A DNA stretch of 64,000 nt from Perna viridis. Its lineage: Eukaryota. The stretch spans positions 34,633,626 through 34,697,625 of the forward strand of contig CM074516.1 in the NCBI GenBank assembly GCA_037379345.1, read 5' to 3'. Under the pieces are notes generated by a model. That model was given only the letters and a program-made list of their open reading frames with translations. It ran no database searches and had not been told where the DNA came from. Position 1 is the first letter of the stretch. Each line of letters begins with the position of its first letter. Below are positions 53,500 to 64,000 of this stretch, one piece after another. The position numbers and the translations under genes are program-made.

Positions 53500-54240
53500 A
53501 CGGCAATATCAGTGTTGAAACAGAAAAGTTAAAAACCATTGCAGTAGTCATATCTTGGTGCAGGCTTTTCCGATAGGAATGGTAGTTTAGACCAGGTCGT
53601 ATAGCGGGCTTAACCTCCCACTTCCATTACGGTTTATTATTTCCGGTGTATTTCGACACAAAGGGGAGAATGGAATGGGAAAAATGGTCATCATCGGTAA
53701 AATCAGCAGTCGAAACAGTACAGAAGATAAGTAAAACTAAAAGGAACTAAAAACAATTTAAAAGAAAAACCACCAGATTCCAAATAAGTCTTGAACTTTG
53801 GGGGAAGACGCGTCAAGTTCAAGATGAAAATAATAATAATATACAAGTAAAAGCGACAGGAAAATTAATTAGTTGACATAATGAAAATCTATCGCCTATA
53901 ATAAATTTGAAACGAAATATTTCTTTATAAGATCTGGATATCTCAAGTAAAACTTTTAAGGTAGTGTATGAGACGTATGATTTTTTAAAATCTTGGTCCC
54001 AAAGCCTGTCTCTCAGGCAATGATGGCGCATTAAGAAGTCAGAATGGTTGCTGCTAGCTCTGAAATACCTTAACAAGTGAGAAATATAAACGCCATACGC
54101 AGGTATATCACGGCAAAAGAAAGAAGTTTTATAATATAAAAATCAAAATCGCATCGTTTGTTATATTTTTTTTTGTACTGAGATGACTACTGTCGTCAAA
54201 TTCGAGGTGAAAGTCTAAAATGACGCAAGGTACCCGGTTT
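53500..54240 (-). mobile_element. Decayed Penelope-like RT C-terminus (different family) plus 3' flank
   Basis: Minus strand encodes PAYGVYISHLLRYFRASSNHSDFLMRHHCLRDRLWDQDF, the PLE thumb-region motif. Confidence 0.7.
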
Positions 54241-55641
54241 TGTGTTGTTAACGTATTTCCGCTTAAACCTCTGATATTTCTACTTTACCTCTTTCTGATA
54301 TGAGTCTTACATGGACTTAATGTACAGTTTGGTAAAAACTTGTTTTAACCCATGTGTATAGTTGCTTACCCTTCAAGTATAAACATTCAATGTTCAAAAT
54401 GTATGGAGAAACGAAAGATATTCTCAAAAGGGAAAATAAACAACTTCTTTATGAGAGATTCGCTATATTATATACCTCTTAAAATAAATGGCACCTTCGA
54501 ATATCACAATCAAAAGTTAATGTCATAAACATAGCCTATTTTTCAATTTTTTATTTTTTTAAAACGTGAAACTACGCATCAAATTTTGGAAATTTATGAT
54601 ACAATTTAATTCAAGAAACGTATCATGAACGTATTTAATTCGTATCGTTAGTATCGTTTGCTGACGGCAGCATTTTACTTCTGCATAATGCAAACGGTGG
54701 AAAGTGAAACAAAATAACTGCAGTAACTAACACAGCCTTGCTTTGAACATGTATAGTATTTATTTAATGTACAATATAGTTCCAAAAACTGGTTAATTCA
54801 TTGTCTATATATGTAAAACATATAACATTTAAAGTAGACGTATTTTGAGGGTGACGTCAACAAAAAATGACTACTAAGTATAAAAAATTACAAAAAATAC
54901 CCGTTGCAATGATGAAAATTAATATTTTGGCTTTAGTTTTGTAATTTGACAATCAGATCAAAAATGTAATGTACAAATTCAACGCATAGCAAAGGCATAT
55001 CATATTTGATGCAACTCAAATCCTTTATACCCTATATTTCTTTTTATATGGTTCCGGGGGCATACCTCATACATAAGACATAAAACATTCTAAAGCACTT
55101 CCAAGAAACAAGAAAATACTTGAAGACAATATTCATTGCATTTTTGTCTTTTCGTGTTATACAAGCTAGGTGCTAAGTTTTTTTATAGTAAGAAGTGTAA
55201 GTAATGACACAGAAATGATATTATATGTCCTGTATAAAAAAATGATTCTAATATTCAATTTTTTGACTTTTAAAATTATGAAGATATAGATAATCCATAA
55301 TATGATGAATGTATTACTACTTTGATATTAAACTACATTATTGTAACTCTACACTCGAAATTCATACATAAGTTATCCTGTCCTTGCTCATGTGCAAGGC
55401 AACATTTTCATCTCTCTGTGAAAACGTTTTCTTCAGATTCCTGAAAGTAAAAATATTGAAAAGTATCCTCACAAAACCTACAACTTTATTGCATTTTAAT
55501 ACAAAAATTGAAATATGTTCTTTCATTTGAACAAAAAAATTCATTGATACCGGCATTCTTAAGCAAATGCATTGATGTTCATTTTTCTTTTAGAAAAATG
55601 ATCATTCTGAACTTTGAAATTCTATTACATCAGCGGATTAT

Positions 55642-58600
55642 TTAAAACTTGATATCGTTGATATTTATTCGTTTTGAGTTCGATTTTTCACTGTCACAAA
55701 TTCATGAAAATGTTGAAGAATGAAATCAGAAAGAAAGAATTTCGTATGCTTACATGTTATTTTATATCATCCATGTGAAAAAAATCAGGACTGTAGTTTG
55801 ACACATGAGACGTCATATCAATAACAACCTTATCATATAAATACGCATAAAATTGATTAAAAAAATTAACTTGCATGAGACAGGTTTTGTCATTCACCTT
55901 TTCTTCCTCATGACACATAGAACGCAAACAACCAAAACAACCATACACATAACCCCGAAGAGAATTCCGCTTATCTGTTCAAACACTGTTTCTGGATAAT
56001 AATCTAGCAATAAATTAAGACAAAAATTTAGTATACTTGTCGTGAGAAGAAGAAATATGGACTTTTTTTTAATATTTATTTGTCATTGGCATGAAAGTTG
56101 AAATAATTGAAACGATATTCATGGCTTACATAGTTTAAAGTTAAAAGCAAAACGGCGGGCTTGTTTCATTTTACTTTTGAAATAGATTCGCAGAAGACGA
56201 ATTCAGTGATTAACAAGTTGATTGTAATATCACACATGTTCTTGAATCACGGTCGAAATGTTTTTTTAAAATGAAAATGGAAACAAACATATATTTTATA
56301 TTAACAGAATAGTACTACTTTATCAGTTGTTTTAAGTGGTCTTCAAACTGATTAAACGTTTGACTCACTTTGACAGTACTTCCCCTGCCATCTAAAAGTA
56401 CATCCTCTCGTACACCTGCCCTCGCGATCACAAAGCAGATCAATACATGTTTGGTTACATCGTTCGTTGCATGTCAATCCATAGTACCCATCAAGGCAGT
56501 CATTACAGAAACCAGTAAACTTGTCGCATATCACTTCTTTACCTCTCTTCTTACAACCAAAGCCGCAATCCACCTCACATGTTATACCATACTTTCCATA
56601 TGCACAGGCGTCATTAGAGATGGAATAGGAGATATTAATGCCAGTTGTGTTAGGTACAATACAGTATCCAGAAACTGGGTGGCAGATACGGCAACCATCC
56701 CCACATGTTAAATTGCAAATTTTCCCATAATATCCTGGTACACAACCATGAATACAGCTACCATTAATTTCGCATGTTGTACCAACGCAAGAAGAACAGT
56801 GCTTAGTACATGTTAGTTCATAATATCCCTGAAGACAGCCATCTAAAATAAAACGTGTATTGTGCAACACTGGTTTCAAAACATATTATAATAGTGTAAC
56901 ATGCTTCATTAAAAATTAATGTTATGGTAAGTATTGCATTTCTATAACACTGTTCTAAAGCATCGGTAGTTTTTGGGAGTTCATCTTTCACTGTATCATA
57001 TTTTGTTAAAGATTCGAAGTTTACATGATCTAGAACTTGAAAAAAAAACTTTGGATTCGAAACTTCGAACCTTTCTCTTAATTAAATAAATTACCTTGGC
57101 ATACTCCTGTGTGCTGGTGACAGATAACGCCTTTACAATGTCCACAGCTATTGTTACAATATGGTCCATACTGTCCAGTATTACAGTACCAACAATACCC
57201 TGTCTCCATGCCACAAGTATTATTCGGACAGAATTTACTGCATTCCAAACTGCAATGACTTCCATGGTAACCACCAATGCAGCCTTCTAAACATGTTCCA
57301 TCCAGATGATCACAATTTTTATTGTAACACGTGGGACATTCTAAGACGCAATATTTTTCGCCATCGATATAATGTTCGGAATTATACCGACCTTTGTGTT
57401 TGCAGCCTTCTATACACAAACCTGAACTCCCGTTACAACTATTTTTTAAACAATGGTCGCATGGATGACAAAAATCGTTTAACGGTATAAAATCTTCACT
57501 AAATGTTGTAAATTTGGACGGCATGAAATATCCATCTTCACATCTTATACATTCATTGCTAAGATTAGAAATAGTAGTGTCTGCACATTCTGCACAGTAA
57601 GGATAGAAGAGGGAACATTCATAACTACATGTGTCCATGTACCAGCCGTCAATGCATCCTTCAGTGCATGTTCCTGTAGTTTGATCACAGTTTCCGTTGC
57701 AGTAGGGACTACATTTAAGATCACAATGATTTCCAAAAAATCCATTTTGGCACCCCTGTTCACATACCCCAAAAGTCATGTTGCAGTTTTCTTGTCCGTT
57801 ATAGCACTGTTCACTACACGGACAGCACCCATACGAAGAAGTATACCATCCAGACTGTTTACATTCCATACACTTTAACTTAGGTCCAAAATGTTTACAC
57901 TCATTTATTGTACATTTACAGTCGTCTCCAAAGTTGTTGAACACTCCACATTTCGTGCATATTCTGCCGTCTTTTGAACATCTTGTACAGCCAACAGGAC
58001 ATGTTTCATTACATGTATGGCCAAAGAAACCATCTGCACATATCAAACAAGTTGTGTTTTCGAAGCAGGCCATGCAGTTGTCAAGACATTTTTGGTTACA
58101 TTTGTCTCCGAACCAGCCAAATTTACACAAGGTGCATTTACCTGTAGTTTTATCACATATTTCATCGAAACAGTTATTGGAACATTTTTTCTCGCAAGAC
58201 TCTCCGTACCATCCATCGTTGCAGACTTCACAAATATCCCTTCGGGTATCATTTTCACTCTCACAGTTTCTAAACTTTAGTTTGTTTTTCTCGGTTTCTT
58301 TAGTACAGTCCATTAATAATACATCGAATACCTCAAAAAGACGTTTTATTTCAGTGTCATTTTCCTTGTATATGCTTTTATATTTAAGAATAGGTGCAGT
58401 GCTTATATTTTGTCCTTCATTTAAATTGGTATCTTGAGCAATCTCTAAATTGAAATACGTCATGTTTTCCCACTTCAATATAAATGATGTTGAACCACAA
58501 TATACAGAAAGATCAGCATCATTTCCATCGGACGAATAATTTTGTGACCATATCAATCTATTGTCTATACGATAACCTGAAAATACGCATTCACCATCGA

Positions 58601-59298
58601 TGCCTCTACTCTCATCATATAATGATACATTATGGAAGCAATTGTCACTACTAGAACAACATACGTAAATGTGGGATTCAGAGAAATTATAAATGCAATT
58701 CTTATGTCTGAACTCCATACACACATTCGAACTATTGTCATTTTCCAAGTTGCAAGTTGCATTGCAATAGATTTTGTAACTTTCTTTGAATTTGATACTT
58801 GTTTCGTTGTTCATTGTCTGCTCACAAGAAAGGGTTATGGTCAAAGAAGAAGATACAGAGGGGGAATCTGTAAAAAAAAATAAATATCAAATACAAAAAA
58901 ACTACTCACACAGTCATTCTAAATACTTAAGTATCTGGCATCTGATTTTTTTTAAACAACTAATGCATAGACACGAGCTATTTCGTTCTAAAGCAGATAA
59001 CCAGTTCTAGAGAAAATAACGTAAGATGCATATTACAGTCCTTAGCAAGTTTGTATTACATTCATTTTCCCAAAAGTCAGTCTTGTTATCTTAACAAATG
59101 ATATTCCTTCATTAATAACTTTTTCTAGAAACATTTAGCATTTCTAACTTTATTTAAAAGAATTAAAAAAAAGGATACATTACCACTGAGCGATTCAACT
59201 TTATCCATTCTAAAACTAGCAATTCTGAAACAGCTGCATACTTCCAGTATAAAAAGAATTAGGTATACAGGGAACGACACTTTGCATAATTGCACCAT
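55642..59298 (-). CDS. Multiple EGF-like domain type I membrane protein (MEGF10/SCARF/ced-1-like); exons 59298-59184, 58867-57095, 56842-56369, 56003-55898, 55690-55642 (last exon tentative; unspliced reading stops at 55894)
   Basis: Signal peptide MVQLCKVSFPVYLILFILEVCSC. Many C..GW/F/YG..C...C...C....CD..TG.C repeats. TM helix ISGILFGVMCMVVLVCVLCVM followed by RKK. Phase-1 introns separate the extracellular exons. Confidence 0.88.
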
Positions 59299-61079
59299 AT
59301 TTGCAGAAATTTCATAACCGTGCTTAACAACTGTGTCACAGAAATGTAGGTTTGCAGTCCATTATTTGTTTGCTTCCTGCACAAAGCAGTAAATACTTAT
59401 TGTGACTTATGGGACATGAACTGGAAGCAATAACTATAATGGGGCGAGTTTTCTAATGAGTAAATTATACGTATCATGTTTGCAACGACATGATACAACA
59501 TAAACAATGAATTAATAACGCAAATGGCTTAGCAGCAGTCCTTATAACATCATATTTCATTATTTCATCCCCTTCATATCTGTATTGCAATCAAAACTCA
59601 TCAGTAATTAGGTGTCAACGCAATATAAAGTATGGCATCGATATTGCTTTGACACTTGATATTGTCATCGAGTGCATCACTATCCGCCATAAATAACGCC
59701 AATGTGAATTATGTTATTGCTCTTCGAAAAATCGGTGAATTCTGAAATTTTAACGCTCAACAGCCGTAAACATCAGCTGAACAATTCATAATTGTAGCCA
59801 ATTACTAAATAAAAAACACATTGTATGAAGTATTTATCTTCTCAGGATGCCAAATATCACAAAGACTATTCTTTCAAAGGCAATGACTCCTCAGATTGGC
59901 TAAATATCCAGTCATTTTTAAATCATGCAAAATAAGTCCTTTAGTTTCGATGAAACTCCCATTCTCCACCTGATGGTGTCAGAAAAATAACAGAAGATAT
60001 GACATACATAAGGTGGTTGGTTACCAATCACGAGAACACAAATTTATATACATTGGAAGATATGTTTAAACCTATTAGTAAAACAATATAGTAGGGAATC
60101 TCCCTTATTTATCAAGTGAGGATTGAAAACAAAAAAACTCACTTAATTTAAACAATTTTTACAGTGTAAGACCAATCTGATCCTGTGTCATCTAAGAACT
60201 GGAAGTTTTGATGCAATGAAAAGTTAGTAAATGGATTAGATTAAGTACCCGTAAATGCTTTTAAAAATCCATAATGCTGGAAATACTTAAGTGGATTAAT
60301 TTATTCATTATCCTGTGTCAAAAATAAATATATTCATTCATGATATTAAAACGTCTTATCGAGTGACAATAGTAGGTCTTCTCACCATTATAAATCATAT
60401 CCTAGAATGTTACTGTTTTTATTGAATTGGAAGTTCTTCTATTATAATCTTACTTCATGTTTGGCTTCTATAACTTGACCTTATAACGATACACCATGTT
60501 CATGCACCTGGGTTTTAGTGGAGCCCGCGTTAATAATAAAATTCAGAGTTCATTTTAGTTTTATCTCTCTCCAAAACGCCTTTGTTTTTGATTTTTCAAT
60601 GTTTTATGGAACTTTTAAATTGATCCCCTTAATTATTCAATTTCTTATCACACAAGAAAAACCCTAAGATAATGAATTGTACTGAAACGTTAATCATGGT
60701 ACATTTTATTGTAAACAAATAATTTTATTGTACATTGCTTAAACTATAACAAAATGTTACATTAAGTTTAACCACATTATGGGCTTTACTCGTTCACTTT
60801 CATATTCAGATGCAGTCAAAAACATATATTTATATAATCTTATTTAGCTATGTACAACAGTTAAAAATTAACTACAGAAAGAGTTCAAAAGCAAAAATTA
60901 TACTAGAATTATATTTATAATCTAATATTTGATTAATTTTAATTTTGGTACATTCTCAGATAATATCTTTGACACAAAGAGTCCACATAACACTGACAAG
61001 CTCCGGAATTTTGTACTAGTTCTGAAGTAGAACTATACATAAACATGTATACACAGCAGTTGTGTAGATACTGAATATT

Positions 61080-61205
61080 ACATGTCAAAATCTATATCAC
61101 AAGCCGTATCAACCCGAGAGTCCTGTATCACTCCAAGGGCAACCAGACCCGCGGGGTGATATAGATAGAGTCTTGATGCCACATGTGATACAGATTTTAA
61201 CATGT
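61080..61205. repeat. Palindromic non-autonomous element remnant
   Basis: ACATGTCAAAATCTATATCACA...TGTGATACAGATTTTAACATGT, with inner tatcac/gtgata symmetry. Confidence 0.65.
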
Positions 61206-62034
61206 CATGTTCATTATTTCACATATTTTAACTATACATCAAGTATTTTCCGCGAAGGGGTGTGATATACGGTAAGAGATATAGGTTTAGAGGTATGATA
61301 TAGGGTAAACGATATAGTTTAAACAATAAAAGGGACATTTTAATCTTAGTGTATGATACAGTGAAATATTTCGTTGAAAATGGCAAATATGGAATTTACG
61401 TGCAGATATCGTCTCGTTTGTTATACTTTTGTATTCAGTTTTGTCGCCGTTGATCAGGATACGAATTTGATTAAAAACTTTTAATACGTCAGCCTGATTA
61501 CAGAATGAAGTCTGCAGTGTTGCCTTCCCTGTGCAGACAGGAGAAAAATGTTGAAATAAATTGAATTTTGATTAGCTAAGTTTGTAATACAATAATTACA
61601 CAGATTGTGTGGATTTTTGGAATTAGCTATTATTTTCTGCAGCTCTCATCAATAACACTTTACTTTCTATAAATTTCATTGAATTTTGCTACTTTTCATT
61701 TCTTAATTTGGGCTTTCCATTGATAATGAACTGTGTCCCCACAGTCTTCTTAATTTTTATGAGACCAACTCGATCTTTAGCAGATTTTGTTTTAAAAAGG
61801 AATTCTGGCCAAGTCTTTCAACACATTTTGTTGTGAAGATATGTTGCCATTAAACAATCTTCGGTAATAATCTCTACTGCGTCTATCAGAGTCGTCAAAA
61901 TTGATTAAAACGTTTATGTGCAGTTTCTGCTTGCTATCTAAGGTAACAATTACTGACCAGACTTTCCTGCAGCCTAACAGAGTCTTATTTTACTGTTTTC
62001 TATCTAACAAACATAACAGTATACGGTAAAATTG

Positions 62035-63063
62035 TTAGAGCTATTGCGCATGCCATCACTTGGCGTCCGTTGTCGTAGTCATTATTTTTTTCAAAACTCT
62101 TCTCCTCTGACACTTAGCCAATCTGGACTGATTAGGACAAGACTTGATGGGTATTTTTCCTAGCACTGATGTAGGGTTTTGATCCGTCGACAAACATGAC
62201 TACCGTTAATTAAAAAAGAATATAAGGGTCAGACAGCAGTTTTTTTTATACATTGGTATCTCTAAAATCGTTAGGTTACGCTAAATTCTGACTAGGGTTA
62301 AAGTACTCAGCGTGACGAGGTCTATCTGTGGTCATATTTTGGTGAAGATCTGATAAGCCATGTAGTAGTTTTCGCCCTTTATGAACATTTTCGGCTATTT
62401 TAATGATACTACTCAGTACTGGACCAATTAGAACCAAACTTGATATGAATGTTCCTTGTTGTAAGCAAAATTTCGACTTGGGATAAATTTCGTGTTAATC
62501 TGTTAAGCCATGTTGGAGTTATTGCCCTTTTTGACATTTTGTTTGCTATTTTTATGTTATTACTTTCAAAAATCCTCTCCTCTAACACTATTAAACCAAT
62601 TGGAACCAAACTTGGTTTAAATATTTCTTAGGGTATTCTGCATAGAACCAATGTGGGGATTATTTATCCATTTGGATAAACATGGCCGCCTTTACTTAAA
62701 AAAGAATGTAGCAGTCATACAGCAAATTTTGCATATATCTCCAAAACTGTTAGGTTTAGACTCACAAAAGCTTTCAGCATAATGAGATCTATCTGTGGTA
62801 AAATTTTATGTAAATCCTTTAAGCCATGTAGGAGTTATTGCCCTTCTTTGACATCTTTTTGCTTTTTTTTTAATGTTATTAATTTTTTTTTAATTTCCCC
62901 TCAGAAACTACTGGACAGAATTCATTGAAAATTGATATGATTGTTCCTTAGGTATGAGCATCAGGAAAATTTATCCAGGAAAAACATGGACATGCACTTT
63001 TACAACAATAGAATGTTGCTTATCAAACCAAGTAAATTATTCAGGCTCTTTACAGCTTCTAGT
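62035..63063 (+). mobile_element. Non-autonomous Helitron/Helentron-type element with internal diverged repeats
   Basis: 5' GAGCTATTG..CCATCACTTGGCGTCCGTTGTCG. Repeated ttctcctct.aaac.act and aagccatgtaggagttattgccc units. The 3' end TTCAGGCTCTTTACAGCTTCTAGT is hairpin-like. Confidence 0.75.
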
Positions 63064-63321
63064 GCAAATACTTGTCAGTTCAGACTCAAAAGAAAAAAAA
63101 TCATACAATTAAAGATACTACAGTGATGTTTTATGGTTAACAAACTACTTACAGTGTGTCATAATAAATGTATAAGTAGGTTTAAGGAGGGAAATCATTA
63201 CAATAGAAACTTTACAATACATTAAATAAGTATATTGCACATTTTAAATATGACAAGTTTCTTGTTATAAAGGAGAACAAAAGTATAAAATGAAAAATAA
63301 AAAAAATCTGAATGTAAAATA

Positions 63322-63583
63322 CAATGAAACCAGTCATAATCAAAACCCTTTCTGACTTTAAAGTTGTTTGGTTTTGAAAGGAGTTCGGTTTACCAAGGTT
63401 AAAATACAGTAAAATTGATACAAAGGGACTTCAAGAAGTATCTGGTTTAGACAGGTTTTCAGATTGCTCAGGGTCCAGTTTAGACAGGTTTTTGGATTAT
63501 CAGGGTTTAGATATGTTTTTGGATTGTGCAGGGTTTAGACAAGTTTTGGATTATTCAGGGTTTGGTTTAGACAGGTTTCATTG
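63322..63583. mobile_element. Tc1/mariner-type MITE with TA target site duplication
   Basis: TA-CAATGAAACC ... GGTTTCATTG-TA, with internal GGTTTAGACAGGTTTT subrepeats. Confidence 0.85.
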
Positions 63584-64000
63584 TAATAGCAATAACATTT
63601 GTTTAAAGCATCAACTATTTATTTAATGGAGGGGTGTGAAAGAGAGCTGGGATTTATTCCAAATTTTATCAAAACATGTTTTTAAATCACCCATGGACAG
63701 AAAAAATTAAATAAAGGTAAATAAGAACCATTTTTAACAAATTTGTTACTTGACAAATTATTTTTCACCCCAAGCTGGGAGTGTATATTAGAACATAAAG
63801 TCATTGTTCCAAGCCAGAGTGAACAAGACAACTGTTGCAATTCATATAGGACAAACTATTCATCTTGAATTTATTTCACTTTAAAACCATATCCTGTCTC
63901 TTCATTTCATGGTAAACTCTAGATCTATCCACCTCTCAAATAAAAAAAATGGTTAGTTTTTGGCCAAGAAAACTGAATGTATTGCATAATGATACAGATG

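Noticed and set aside
56370-58883. Plus-strand and alternative-frame ORFs overlapping the EGF gene
   Set aside because: Shadow ORFs of Cys-rich coding sequence.

Overview
AT-rich, intron-containing eukaryotic DNA. The gene families and repeat landscape point to a bivalve mollusc (inference). Seven spliced gene models were built by hand from GT-AG sites and phase checks. (1) The 3' eight exons of an SLC22 organic cation transporter (+, 752-8596). (2) An 88-aa single-pass membrane microprotein with a TATA/Inr promoter (-, 13661-14350). (3) A 387-aa uncharacterised coiled-coil protein (-, 23174-25851). (4, 5) Two tandem 3-exon LURAP/FAM89-like adaptor paralogs (+, 27845-30258 and 33113-36543). 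(6) A TRIM-like NHL/beta-propeller exon (-, 40582-41700). (7) An MEGF10/SCARF-like EGF-repeat type I receptor (-, 55642-59298). Introns and intergenic DNA hold decayed Penelope-like retroelements, an R2-Hero-like LINE remnant, SINE remnants, Helentron-type elements, MITEs, foldback elements and minisatellites. The two best candidates for something undescribed are a 7x34-bp array that multiplies the exon-1 end plus 5' splice donor of one LURAP-like gene, and a ~100-nt structured motif with compensatory stem changes at the 3' ends of the Penelope-like elements. No database search was possible, so all family names come from motif recognition.
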